A DNA stretch of 64,000 nt from Solirubrobacterales bacterium (GTDB taxonomy: Bacteria; Actinomycetota; Thermoleophilia; Solirubrobacterales; 70-9), in contig JAXLSX010000012.1 of NCBI GenBank assembly GCA_046330285.1, positions 4,228 to 68,227 on the forward strand, read 5' to 3'. A program made the position numbers and the translations under genes. The stretch's first letter is position 1, and every line of letters starts with the position of its first letter. A model generated the notes under the pieces. It was not told the origin of the DNA, made no database searches, and saw only the letters and a program-made list of their open reading frames with translations. This document shows positions 55,053 through 64,000 of this stretch, one piece after another.

Positions 55053-56074
55053 TGTCTGACCAGGATCGCCAGATCGGAATCAAGGTCGAGAACGTCAGCA
55101 AGCGCTTCGGCGACTTTCTGGCTCTCGACGATGTAACCCTCGATGTCCCGGAGGGGTCGCTGACGGCCCTGCTCGGGCCGTCCGGAAGCGGCAAGTCGAC
55201 GCTGCTGCGGCTGATCGCCGGCCTCGAGCAGGCCGACGCCGGCCATGTGCTGCTCGGCGGCAACGACGTCACCGGCGTCCCCGTCCAGGAGCGCGGGATC
55301 GGTTTCGTGTTCCAGCACTACGCCGCGTTCAAGCACATGACCGTCCGCGACAACATCGCGTTCGGCCTGAAGATCCGGAAGACGCCGCGTGACCAGATCC
55401 GCGATCGCGTCAAGGAGCTGATCCGGCTCGTCCAGTTGCAGGGGATGGCGCATCGCTATCCGTCGCAGCTCTCGGGTGGTCAGCGCCAGCGCATGGCGCT
55501 GGCGAGGGCGCTCGCGGCGGAGCCGAAGCTGCTCCTTCTCGACGAGCCGTTCGGCGCGCTCGACGCGACCGTGCGCAAGGAGCTGCGGACCTGGCTCCGC
55601 CACCTCCACGACGAGGTCAGCGTGACGACGATCTTCGTCACCCACGACCAGGAGGAGGCGCTCGACGTCGCCGAGCAGATCGTCGTCATGAACGACGGCA
55701 AGATCGAGCAGGTCGGCGCCCCGCGCGAGCTCTACGAGCACCCGAAGACGGAGTTCGTCATGGGCTTCGTCGGCGAGGTCAACCGGTTCGGCAACGCGCT
55801 GATCCGGCCCCACGACCTCGACCTCGGGCTTGTCAAGGTCGACGGCTCCGAGGAGGCGATGATCGAGCGGGTCAGCCACCTCGGCTTCGAGGTTCGCGTC
55901 GAGCTCTCGATGGCCAGCGGCGATCGCGCCTGGGCGCAGGTGACGAGGGCCGAGGCCGAGGAGCTCGAGCTCGAACAGGGTCAGATCATCTTCGCCCGGC
56001 CGAGCCGGGCGCGGGTCTTCGAGGGTGAGGAGGGGCCACCGACGGCCCCTACCGACGAGCTCCAGGTCGCCTGA
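55052..56074 (+). CDS. cysA: Sulfate ABC transporter ATP-binding protein CysA
   Basis: ATG 55052 overlaps the cys[39 protein letters not shown], and a TOBE-like C-terminal domain. Confidence 0.93.
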   Translation: MSDQDRQIGIKVENVSKRFGDFLALDDVTLDVPEGSLTALLGPSGSGKSTLLRLIAGLEQADAGHVLLGGNDVTGVPVQERGIGFVFQHYAAFKHMTVRDNIAFGLKIRKTPRDQIRDRVKELIRLVQLQGMAHRYPSQLSGGQRQRMALARALAAEPKLLLLDEPFGALDATVRKELRTWLRHLHDEVSVTTIFVTHDQEEALDVAEQIVVMNDGKIEQVGAPRELYEHPKTEFVMGFVGEVNRFGNALIRPHDLDLGLVKVDGSEEAMIERVSHLGFEVRVELSMASGDRAWAQVTRAEAEELELEQGQIIFARPSRARVFEGEEGPPTAPTDELQVA

Positions 56075-56360
56075 GCCTGGAGCTCGACCCTCGGGTACAG
56101 GGCGATCAGGTGCTGTGAGCGCTGTCGAGCTCGGTGCAGCGGCACTGATCGTCCTGGCGATCGTCGTCTGCGTGGGCGCGGTCGTCGTCTCGGCGGCTGA
56201 CGCCGGGCGGATCGTCGCCCAGCGCCTCGCCGAGCGGGCCGAATCGCGGGCTGGCCATGGAGGCCCCGTCGCCCCCGGGAAGGGCGAGCGCTCGCGCGAC
56301 CCGCATTCGCGGCCGGCGCTCAGCGAGAGGCGGCCGCACCGCCGCCGCTGAGCCGACGGC

Positions 56361-56819
56361 TCAGTGCGATTCCCAGACCTCGGGGCGACCGACGATCTCG
56401 TCGACCGGCCCGGGTAGCTCGCCGGCGACGATGTCGGCCAGCGTCACCGACTCGAGCACCTCGCGGATGTTCGCCCTCAGGCCGACCCAGACGTCCTGGA
56501 GCTTCTGGGCCCGGCCGAGGTATTCGAGATCCTCGGGCCGCTCTCCGCGCACGGTCGCGAGCGGGCCGTCGACGACGCGGATGATCTCGGCGACGGTGAC
56601 CTTCTCGGCCGGCCGCGCGAGCCAGTAGCCGCCTTCGGCGCCGCGCTGGCTCTGGACGAGCCCCGAGTGCCGGAGCTCGCCGAGGATGTTCTCGAGGAAC
56701 CGCAGCGGGATCCCCTGGGCCTCGGCGATCCGGTCGCCCTTCATCGGCCCCTCCTGATCGGGTCCCGCCAGCGCGATCGCAGCGCGCACGGCGTAGTCGG
56801 CTTTGGCGGAGATCCTCAA
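56361..56819 (-). CDS. Rrf2 family transcriptional regulator (second copy; CymR/IscR-like)
   Basis: 152 aa with a TTG start. AKADYAVRAAIAL N-terminus and LVQSQRGAEGGYWL. Convergent with the sulfate transporter operon. Confidence 0.85.
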   Translation of the reverse strand: MRISAKADYAVRAAIALAGPDQEGPMKGDRIAEAQGIPLRFLENILGELRHSGLVQSQRGAEGGYWLARPAEKVTVAEIIRVVDGPLATVRGERPEDLEYLGRAQKLQDVWVGLRANIREVLESVTLADIVAGELPGPVDEIVGRPEVWESH

Positions 56820-56862
56820 GGTCGGTCCATTGTTCCGACTCGGCGGCTGGAGCGTTCGGCGG

Positions 56863-58374
56863 TCAGCCGAACCGCATGACGAGCGACCACCGCGGCCCCT
56901 TCGTCTCCACCGTGACCAGGCTCCCGTTCGCCTTGCCGCGGAAGATCGCGGCTGCGCCGAGGTTGTCGCCCTTGATGAACCACTGGTGCTCGACCGGGAA
57001 CCAGAGTTCGATCGGCCCGTCGCCGGGCTTCGCTCCGCGGCCCGAAGCGCGCAGGATCTTCGCCTCGGGATCCCAACTCATTGAATCGAGCTGCCCCGGC
57101 GCTCGCCGCACGTAGCCGCGGCGGATGTCCTTGACGAGCTTGCGGTGCATCCCGACGATCCGGTTGCCGCCGTTCGAGCAGTCCATCTCGAAGATGTTCC
57201 AGGGCGGCAGGGGCGGCTCGCCGCCGTGGGTCGCCGCGTGGGGGTCGCCACAGGACTGCTTCCAGGTCCAGAGCGTCGCGCCGATCCGGAACTCGTCCTG
57301 GAGCGCCTGGTGGGAGTTGAAGTAGTCGCCGGCCGCTCCGGTGGCGCGGGCTGGGTCGCCGCCCCATTCGCCGGTCAGAACCGGGGCGCCGCCGAAGTTG
57401 GCGGCCGATTCCGCTACCGCGGTCTCGAATTGCGCGCGGCTGGGTGGTCCCTCGCCGCCGATGCTGCCGCCGTAGAGGTGCGGGGAGTAGACGATGTTGC
57501 GATCGTGGTCGAAGGGGGGAGGAGGGCCCTGGCCGATCAGCGACCAGAGCACGCTCGGCTCGATCAGGACCAGATGGCTGAAGCCGCCGCCACGCCGCTC
57601 TCCGCGCCTGATCGCCGCCAGCGAGCGCTCGTAGAAGGTCCCGAGCTGCGCCGTCTCGGTGCCGCCGAAGGCTCCGGGCTCGTTCATCACGTCGATCCCG
57701 GCCACCGCCCGGGAGCCGGCGAAGCGCTCGGCGACGTGGGCGAGCATCCGCGTGTAGCGCGTCTGGACTCCGACGCCTCCGGGCCCCGGCGTGTCGGCGA
57801 AGAAGTTCCGCCAGGCGGCGCTGACGGCCGGATTCACCTCGCGGGCGTTCGTGAAGCAGCGGGGTTGATCCTCGTCGAGGGTCGCCCAGCCCGGCGCCCC
57901 GTCCCAGCCGAAGGCGGGCTCGGAGCCCTCCGGGCAGTCCTCGCCCGGCCTCGCGGCCAGCGTGGCGCCCCACGCGTCCTGGTGGAAGTCGACGATCGTG
58001 TAGACGCGCTGGTCGCGGAGGCGGCCGATCCACTTCCCGACCCGGTCGAGGTAGCGCTCGTTGTAGCGGCCGGGCTTCGGCTCGACCCGCGACCAGGAGA
58101 CGATCAGCCGGACGACGTTCCAGCCCATCCCGGCGATCCGCTTCGGGTCGCGGCGCTCGAGCGGCAGCGTCGGGTCGACGTCCGTCCCCTGCCAGTACTC
58201 GCCGAGGGCATTGACGTTGACGCCCCGGAGTAGCACCTCGCGGCCGCGGGAGTCGACGATCCGGCCACCGGAATCGGGGTCGGGCTCGGCGGAGAGGCGG
58301 GGGAGGGCGGAGGCCTGGGTGGCGCCCGTCAGGACGATCGCGGCCGCGACCAGGGCTGTGATCCAGGCCTTCAT
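56863..58374 (-). CDS. Secreted glycoside hydrolase family 5 (endoglycoceramidase/cellulase-like) with a C-terminal beta domain
   Basis: Signal peptide. LRGVNVN, VRLIVSWSRVEP, DFHQDAWG and DVMNEPG (acid/base Glu). Confidence 0.85.
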   Translation of the reverse strand: MKAWITALVAAAIVLTGATQASALPRLSAEPDPDSGGRIVDSRGREVLLRGVNVNALGEYWQGTDVDPTLPLERRDPKRIAGMGWNVVRLIVSWSRVEPKPGRYNERYLDRVGKWIGRLRDQRVYTIVDFHQDAWGATLAARPGEDCPEGSEPAFGWDGAPGWATLDEDQPRCFTNAREVNPAVSAAWRNFFADTPGPGGVGVQTRYTRMLAHVAERFAGSRAVAGIDVMNEPGAFGGTETAQLGTFYERSLAAIRRGERRGGGFSHLVLIEPSVLWSLIGQGPPPPFDHDRNIVYSPHLYGGSIGGEGPPSRAQFETAVAESAANFGGAPVLTGEWGGDPARATGAAGDYFNSHQALQDEFRIGATLWTWKQSCGDPHAATHGGEPPLPPWNIFEMDCSNGGNRIVGMHRKLVKDIRRGYVRRAPGQLDSMSWDPEAKILRASGRGAKPGDGPIELWFPVEHQWFIKGDNLGAAAIFRGKANGSLVTVETKGPRWSLVMRFG

Positions 58375-58430
58375 GCGCGGGCGAGACTAGCGGCGCCGGG
58401 CTCCGCTCGCGCCACTCCGTCCGCGCGGGC

Positions 58431-60197
58431 CTAGGCGGCGCGGACCCGGCGCGACTTCTCCTGCAGCTTCCGGCTCGCCTCGAGCGAGTCCCAGCCCGGC
58501 AGGTGCGTCGTCAGCGTCGCGGGGTCGGCGAACACCGCTCCCTCGGCGAGCTCCTTGCGGAGGTCGCGGTCGAGGGCGATCGCCGCACACTCGAAGCCGC
58601 CGGACATCGCGGCGACGATGCCGTGACCGCTCCGGCTGGAAACGCCGCCGAGGATCAGCCCCTCGATCTCGGTCCGGTGCCCGGGGCGTAGCGGCCCGAA
58701 CTGGTCGGTCGCGAGCTCGATCCCGTAGCAGGAGCCGCCGGAGGAGAGCGTGTACCGGGTCTGCGTCATCGGGGTCGCCGTCTCGCGCCAGAGGATGTGT
58801 TCGCGGAGCGGGCCGAGCTTCTCCTCGGCCCGATCGATCAGGCGCTCGGTCAGCTCTTCCTTGGCCTTCAGGTACGAGGCCTGCTTGCTGTACTTGCCGT
58901 GCTCGTCCTCGTCATGCACACCCCAGGCCTCGGGGTCGGGAGTCGCCCACGTCATCAGCTCGACCGTGGAGCAACCCTCCGGGGCGTGTCCGCCGCCCCC
59001 CGGGTCCTTGGCGCTCGCCGAGGAGATGTAGACGGGCGGCTCCTCGTCGAGCCTGCCCTCGGCCACGGGCTCGTAGTAGGCCTCCTGGTCGTAGCGGGTG
59101 TGGAGCCAGTAATTGGTCGCCGGCATCCGCTCGGAGATGTCGAAGTCGAGCCCGAGGTAGACGTTGACCAGGGGGGTCGCCATCCGGTATCCGGCGACCT
59201 GCTCCCGGGTCTGCTCGGAGACGGCCTCGTGGTCGAGCAGCTCGAGGAAGAGGTGCTTGATGTCGCCGGTGGCGATGACCTGGGCTGCGTCGATCGTCTC
59301 GCCGCCCTCGAGCTCGACGCCGCTGACCCGGTGGTCGCCCTCGCCGTCCGCCTCGGTCAGGACGCGGCTGACCGCGGCGCGGGTGCGGACCCGCCCGCCG
59401 TTGGCGTGGATCAGCTCGACGAGCTGGCCGACGAGCTCCTGGCCGCCGCCTTTGATGTAGAAGGCGCCGTCCTGCATGTAGTGGTCGATCAGGCCCGCGT
59501 GCATCAGCACGGGGGTGCGGGAGGGAGGGGTCGCGTAGTCGCCTGCCTGCGCGGTCAGCACGCCCCGGGCCCGTTCGCTCAGGTAGTGCTCGTCGTAGAG
59601 CTCGGTCAGCGGTCGCATCCCCCAGGCGACGACGGTGGGGGCGAGGCGCATGTACTCCTCGAAGTCGGTGTCGGCATTGGGGACGCCGACCCGGCGCAGC
59701 TCCTCGATCGCGCTCCGGAGAACCCCGGTGACCGCCCGGATGCCGTCGTCCTCGTAGGGGAACGTCTCGGCGAGCCTGTCGGTGTAGGCATCCCATCCCG
59801 CCGGCACCTTGAACTCGAGGTCGGGGAAGACGAACGTGTCGAACCCGTCGGGATCGAGCTCGGCGAAGCCGATCCGGTCGCCGAGCCCGAGGCCGCGGAG
59901 GAGCTTCGACATCTCCCCGGTCCTGACGCCGCCGATGTAGTGGAAGCCGACGTCGAACCACCACTGCTTCTTGCGCCGGAAGGTCTGACTGCAGCCGCCG
60001 GCGACGTCGTGCTGTTCGAGCACGAGCACCGTCTTGCCGTTGACGGCCAGGTAGGCGCCGGCGGTCAGGCCGGCGAGGCCCGACCCGATCACGACGACAT
60101 CGGGCGCATCGGGGAGGGGCGGGACGGTCTTCGTCCAGCGCTCCGTCGCCGGAGGTGCGTCCGCTGCTGCCGTATAATCATCAATGTGACTAGTCAT
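58431..60197 (-). CDS. FAD-dependent oxidoreductase, phytoene desaturase (CrtI)/retinol saturase-like family
   Basis: 588 aa. Dinucleotide fold VVVIGSGLAGLTAGAYLAVNGKTVLVLEQHDVAGG. TATAGT box 7 nt upstream of the ATG and no SD. Confidence 0.85.
   Translation of the reverse strand: MTSHIDDYTAAADAPPATERWTKTVPPLPDAPDVVVIGSGLAGLTAGAYLAVNGKTVLVLEQHDVAGGCSQTFRRKKQWWFDVGFHYIGGVRTGEMSKLLRGLGLGDRIGFAELDPDGFDTFVFPDLEFKVPAGWDAYTDRLAETFPYEDDGIRAVTGVLRSAIEELRRVGVPNADTDFEEYMRLAPTVVAWGMRPLTELYDEHYLSERARGVLTAQAGDYATPPSRTPVLMHAGLIDHYMQDGAFYIKGGGQELVGQLVELIHANGGRVRTRAAVSRVLTEADGEGDHRVSGVELEGGETIDAAQVIATGDIKHLFLELLDHEAVSEQTREQVAGYRMATPLVNVYLGLDFDISERMPATNYWLHTRYDQEAYYEPVAEGRLDEEPPVYISSASAKDPGGGGHAPEGCSTVELMTWATPDPEAWGVHDEDEHGKYSKQASYLKAKEELTERLIDRAEEKLGPLREHILWRETATPMTQTRYTLSSGGSCYGIELATDQFGPLRPGHRTEIEGLILGGVSSRSGHGIVAAMSGGFECAAIALDRDLRKELAEGAVFADPATLTTHLPGWDSLEASRKLQEKSRRVRAA
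60187..60196. promoter_or_regulatory. Perfect 10-bp palindrome TGACTAGTCA in the oxidoreductase/PadR divergent region
   Basis: Overlaps the first codons of the oxidoreductase gene and lies 46 nt upstream of the padR-like start, in a locally AT-rich stretch. Confidence 0.35.
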
Positions 60198-60241
60198 AAA
60201 GTTGACTATATAGCAGGAGTCGGCCCACGGGGAGGCGACGG

Positions 60242-60793
60242 ATGGCGCTGAGGCACGCCGTGATGGCCGCGCTCGCGAGCGGCGAGTCGACCGGTTACGA
60301 GCTCTCGAAGCGCTTCGACCACTCGGTCGCGAACTTCTGGCCGGCTTCGCGCCAGCAGATCTACCGCGAGCTCGACCGGCTCGAAGCCGACGGGCTCGCG
60401 ACCGCGCGCCGCGTCCGCCAGGCCAAGCGGCCCGACAAGCGCGTTTTCAGCCTGACTCCGGCCGGCCACGAGGCGATCGACGAGTTCGTCCGCGCCGAGT
60501 CCGCGCCGACGATGGTCCGCGACGACCTGCTGGTGAAGGTGGCCGCCCTCGACGGCGACAACCGCGAGGACGTCGCGGCCGCCGTTCGCGCTCGCCTCGC
60601 CCATCACCGGGAGAAGCTGGACGCCTACATCGAACTGCGCGATGGCGCGCTCGGTGACGTCAGCGAGGAGGAGTTCCTCGCCGCGGGCCCCGATCAGCCC
60701 GGGTTCGGGCCCTATCTGACGCTGATGCGGGGGATCGCCTTCGAGCGGGAGTCGGTCCGCTGGGCCCGATCGGTGCTCGACCTCCTCGAGTGA
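60242..60793 (+). CDS. PadR family transcriptional regulator
   Basis: 183 aa. ESTGYELSKRF ... QIYRELDRLEADGL ... KRVFSLTPAG winged-helix pattern. Confidence 0.88.
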   Translation: MALRHAVMAALASGESTGYELSKRFDHSVANFWPASRQQIYRELDRLEADGLATARRVRQAKRPDKRVFSLTPAGHEAIDEFVRAESAPTMVRDDLLVKVAALDGDNREDVAAAVRARLAHHREKLDAYIELRDGALGDVSEEEFLAAGPDQPGFGPYLTLMRGIAFERESVRWARSVLDLLE

Positions 60794-60817
60794 GCGCGGC
60801 CGGGCACACGGCCCGGG

Positions 60818-63427
60818 CTACGGGGTGCCGGTGTACCCGTTCGAGAAGCAGAGCCGGGTCGAGTCGATGCACTGCGGGACGCCCTCGCCGCGGAGGAAGC
60901 TTCCCTCCTGCAGGAGGCCGTCAGCGGCCGCCCGCGGGTAGCCGTGCGGGTCGCCGCCGTAGCCCCACTCGGGACGCGGCGGGACGTTGGCGCTCGGCGC
61001 GGTCCCGGAACCCTGCCCCCTTGTGCCGGTGAACGAAACCGGCCCGCCGTCGTAGTAGACGAGCATGCTCCCGCCCGTGTAGGGCGGCTTCGACGCGCCG
61101 CCCATGTCGATCTGCGGGATTCCGAGGAACGGGTTCGCATCCCAGTGCCTGCCCGCCTTCAGCGCTGGCGTGTAGACCGACGCCCCGATCGTCCGGGCCT
61201 CGACCTCGGCGGCGACGTTCGCAACCTGGTGATCGCCCATCGCTGCCTGCAGCAGCACCTCGTGCGGGGGAGTGTTCGCGAGCGGGTCGGTCGTCATGTT
61301 GTGGGCGTAGCCGTTGGCCTCGCCCCGGTCCCAGAGGAGCTGGATCAGCGAGAGCAGCAACGGTCGCTCGAGCTCGTTCGGGTAGTTGGCGTAGAGCCCG
61401 ATGCCCGGGATCTTGAAGTACTCGTCCGAGTCGACGCTGCGGCGAAGCAGGGTCGAGTAGTTCATCCCGGTCACGTTGAGCACGCCGCGGTCGGCGTCGG
61501 GCTCGAGCGCGGTCAGGGCGCCGCCCATGATCGCCCCCTGGCTGACCCCCATGTACTGGAGACGGGTGTCGGCACCGGCGCTCGTGTCGATGACCGACTC
61601 GGCGCCATCGCCGTTGTCGAACTCGAACGCTGCGTCGGTCGCGAGGCCGTCGGGGTGGATCAGGGCGCGACCGAGGTACATGAAGTTCAGGTACCCCTGC
61701 TGCATCCGGTCGGCGAGCTTGTTGAAGTTGGACATGTCGGCGAGCGCCGCGATCACTGCCCCGAGGTCCTGCTCGGCGAAGCCCTCGAAGTCCATCGCGC
61801 ACCAGATCGTGTTCTCCTGCTGCGCGAGGGCTGCCTGCCCGGTGAGCTGGTCCTGGCTGCCGAGCAGGCCATGGCCGTAGATGCCCACGGCCGCCGGATG
61901 CACCGGTCCGCTGCCGGCGACGACCGAGTCCGGGATCTCGCAGCGGAACTCGACGTCGCGGTCGTAGCTCGCGTTCCAGGTGATCTCGCCGTCGCCGTCG
62001 TGGGCGAACTCGGCCCCGCTCGGGCAACCGTCCTCGTCGAGGTAACACGGCACGTTGATCGTGCCTTCGACCCGGCGCGCGATCTGCGCCGGGATGCCGC
62101 GCTCGCCAGAGGGGATCGGGTCGCCCTGGTTGAGGACGCGCGTGATCGTCCAGCTCGGCGAGTCGCCCTGGATCTTGCGGTCGGCCAGGTTCGTGTCGCC
62201 GAGGCGGGCGAAGGCGTCGTCGCGGATCGTCGTCGCCCGGCCGGTGACGCTCTCCTCGCTCGCCACCGTGAAGTCCCAGGCCATGTAGAGGCTGTCCCGG
62301 TCGACGCCGGCCTTGGTCACGAGGTCGTCGATGACCGATTCCATGTGCGGGCGGCGCGACTCGACCTCGGGCTGGTCGGTGATGTCGTCGTCGCGGTAGA
62401 CGCGGAAGCCGATCGGCGCCTCGACGGGCTCGTCGGCGGCGTTGCGGAGGTTGCGGAGCGCGACGATGTAGCGCGCGCCGAAGTCGAAGTTCTCGGCCGG
62501 CCGGATGATCAGGTTGACGGGATCGGTGTTGCCCGGGTTCTGCCCGATCCCACCGGGTCCGTTGTCGCTCGGATCGACCGCCGTCGGGTTCGAGTCGAGC
62601 TCGGCCCAGACGGGCTGGCGCTCGCCGGTGTCGGCGTTGATGACGATCACCGGCTGATCGGGGTCGTCGTAGGCGTGAAGGTCGTTCTCGGCGACGAAGC
62701 CGCTGTTCGCGAACGCCGCGGGCGTATCGACGCCGGGAATCTTGATCGTGATCAGGTTGCCGGGGCTGAAGCCGTCGGCGCGGTTCATGTCCGTCGGGTC
62801 GATGTGGGTGTCGTGGATGTTGGCCGGCATCGACTCGCGGTTGAGGTTCAGGCGCCGCCCGGTCGCCGTCGAGTCGTCGGCGACGGTGAAGTAGTCGTTC
62901 GGGAACGGCTGCAGGCAGACCGCGGGATCGAGGAAGTCGCAGCGGTCGGCGTTCTCGACCGGGACCGGGGTGTAGGGCTTGTCGCAGCGGCTCGCGTCCT
63001 TCTTCAGGTTGCGGATCGCCACGGCCTTGCGCTTGTTCCCGTTGACGCGATAGAGCGCCCGGACCCGGACCTCCTTCGCGCCGCAGCTACCGAGCCGCCG
63101 CTCGCCGTCGGCGGTGAGGGGAAGCTTGACCGTGCGCTTGCCGCTGACCCGGAGCGTCTTCCGCTCGAACAGGCTGCGCTTGCCCTCGTGTGCGGCGACG
63201 ACCTTGACCTTCTCGGCGAACGGGCTCTTGACCGCGACTTCGAGCGCGCCGTCCTTCAGCAGCTGCTTCTGGCTGTCCGTCGCGACCTTGACCGCGACTT
63301 TCGGCTTGCCGGTGTCGGCGCCGGCGGAACCGGACCCGGCCTGGGTCAGCGCGACCAGGCCGACGAGCAGGACGAACAGTGCGAGGGGTGCCCGGAGGGC
63401 GGACGCGCGGCGGCCAGGGTTCAGCAT
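60818..63427 (-). CDS. Large secreted alpha/beta-hydrolase-like protein (putative esterase/lipase/peptidase) with a Lys-rich N-terminal domain
   Basis: Starts at ATG 63427 (the longer ORF overlaps tRNA-Leu). Signal peptide. GxSxG-type nucleophile elbow YMGVSQGAIMGG and the distal AMGDHQV (candidate catalytic His). Confidence 0.65.
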   Translation of the reverse strand: MLNPGRRASALRAPLALFVLLVGLVALTQAGSGSAGADTGKPKVAVKVATDSQKQLLKDGALEVAVKSPFAEKVKVVAAHEGKRSLFERKTLRVSGKRTVKLPLTADGERRLGSCGAKEVRVRALYRVNGNKRKAVAIRNLKKDASRCDKPYTPVPVENADRCDFLDPAVCLQPFPNDYFTVADDSTATGRRLNLNRESMPANIHDTHIDPTDMNRADGFSPGNLITIKIPGVDTPAAFANSGFVAENDLHAYDDPDQPVIVINADTGERQPVWAELDSNPTAVDPSDNGPGGIGQNPGNTDPVNLIIRPAENFDFGARYIVALRNLRNAADEPVEAPIGFRVYRDDDITDQPEVESRRPHMESVIDDLVTKAGVDRDSLYMAWDFTVASEESVTGRATTIRDDAFARLGDTNLADRKIQGDSPSWTITRVLNQGDPIPSGERGIPAQIARRVEGTINVPCYLDEDGCPSGAEFAHDGDGEITWNASYDRDVEFRCEIPDSVVAGSGPVHPAAVGIYGHGLLGSQDQLTGQAALAQQENTIWCAMDFEGFAEQDLGAVIAALADMSNFNKLADRMQQGYLNFMYLGRALIHPDGLATDAAFEFDNGDGAESVIDTSAGADTRLQYMGVSQGAIMGGALTALEPDADRGVLNVTGMNYSTLLRRSVDSDEYFKIPGIGLYANYPNELERPLLLSLIQLLWDRGEANGYAHNMTTDPLANTPPHEVLLQAAMGDHQVANVAAEVEARTIGASVYTPALKAGRHWDANPFLGIPQIDMGGASKPPYTGGSMLVYYDGGPVSFTGTRGQGSGTAPSANVPPRPEWGYGGDPHGYPRAAADGLLQEGSFLRGEGVPQCIDSTRLCFSNGYTGTP

Positions 63428-63599
63428 CGGCTTCGACTCACTCCCAATCGATGTCAGCGGTTGCGGCCGGTTCCCCTCCCTGGGTCCCGCGGCCCGACGG
63501 CTTCCACGTATATCAGAGGCGGAACACAGGTGTGCCGGTTCGTGCGTTCCGGCGGAAACGACGACGGCCCGCCGGTGGGACGGGCCGTGGGTCGTCGAA

Positions 63600-63686
<87 letters not shown>

Positions 63687-63764
63687 GAGGGGCGGCCATT
63701 GTAAGCGCCGCGGTCCATCGGGGTCACCTCGCGATTGATTCCATCCGAAGGCCCGTCTACTCTG

Positions 63765-63778
63765 CGAACATGTGTTCC
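63765..63778 (+). promoter_or_regulatory. LexA operator (SOS/Cheo box) CGAACATGTGTTCC
   Basis: Matches the Gram-positive consensus CGAACRNRYGTTYC at every specified position. Lies 72 nt upstream of the lexA start. Confidence 0.7.
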
Positions 63779-63849
63779 CTGCCCGGACCGCTGCGAGCGG
63801 CTCCGGAGCGCAAACCGACAGCATCATCGTCCAGGAGGGCGAAGCCGAA

Positions 63850-64000
63850 ATGGATCTGAACCTGACCAAGCGCCAGAGCGAGATCTTCGACTTCATCAAG
63901 GGCCATCTCGACAAGACCGGCTACCCGCCGACGGTCCGCGAGATCGGCGCCGCCCTCGGGCTGCACTCGCCGTCCACCGTCCATGCGCACCTCGCGAAGC
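63850..64000 (+). CDS. lexA: LexA repressor, N-terminal part (runs off the right edge)
   Basis: [50 protein letters not shown] is a classic LexA winged-helix N-terminus. Not in the ORF track because it has no stop in the window. Confidence 0.9.
   Translation, partial: MDLNLTKRQSEIFDFIKGHLDKTGYPPTVREIGAALGLHSPSTVHAHLAK

Noticed and set aside
56115-56351. 78-aa GTG ORF (one TM helix plus a basic tail) between cysA and the Rrf2 gene
   Set aside because: It is not listed as a feature. It has no RBS and no motif, and in this GC-rich DNA an ORF of this size with high GC3 can arise by chance. It is mentioned in a finding as something to check.
60800-60816. Short GC hairpin (CCGGGC-ACACG-GCCCGG) between the convergent padR and hydrolase genes, as an intrinsic terminator
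   Set aside because: The stem is only 6 bp, and there is no U-tract on either strand. It cannot be distinguished from chance in GC-rich sequence.

Overview
Very GC-rich, gene-dense chromosomal segment with about 70 CDS and 2 tRNAs. There are no rRNA genes, CRISPR arrays, transposases or integrases. By eye it resembles a deep-branching high-GC Gram-positive (Actinobacteria, Thermoleophilia/Rubrobacteria-like). The grounds are frequent GTG/TTG starts, 4-nt GTGA/ATGA gene overlaps, several apparently leaderless genes, an ECF sigma with a DGPF partner, and a CysO/CysM/Mec cysteine pathway. This taxonomic call is inference only.

Content from left to right:
- suf Fe-S operon (Rrf2, sufC, sufS, sufU, Rieske), a GNAT and a SAM methyltransferase.
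- LuxR-type two-component system divergent from htpX.
- Rhodanese-E1 / PhyH dioxygenase / CysO-like ubiquitin-like (Ubl) operon.
- Surface-polysaccharide cluster: glycosidase-like lipoprotein, O-antigen-ligase-like protein, priming sugar transferase, GT2.
- ECF sigma with a DGPF protein, a TrmO-like protein and a second glycosidase-like paralog.
- Polar amino-acid ABC transporter divergent from cysM-mec (JAMM).
- Cupin/MarR, endonuclease IV and a GDPD phosphodiesterase.
- An adjacent gene pair that I assign from memory to the uncharacterized DUF1802 and DUF1152 families.
- Hydantoinase/oxoprolinase A/B, then nadB head-to-head with an HDAC-like gene.
- A 603-aa acidic coiled-coil protein, an orphan Flp-type pilin, rph-rdgB and a CDF transporter.
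- A small Roadblock-like cluster followed by a 629-aa secreted protein.
- System I cytochrome c maturation genes (ccmH, ccmG / tRNA-Gly / SDR / ccmE, ccmF), then secG.
- Sulfate ABC transporter cysPTWA with a second Rrf2 regulator.
- GH5, an FAD oxidoreductase/PadR pair, an 869-aa secreted alpha/beta-hydrolase-like protein, tRNA-Leu, and lexA with an SOS box.

No clear-cut novel system is evident. The most interesting candidates are:
- The split, atypically organised sulfur-carrier pathway, with a shared AT-rich element at both loci.
- The DUF1802/DUF1152-like pair.
- A variant CcmE (CPSKF).
- The Roadblock-like small-gene cluster.
- The repeat-bearing coiled-coil protein.

All homology statements are from visual motif recognition. 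No searches were run.
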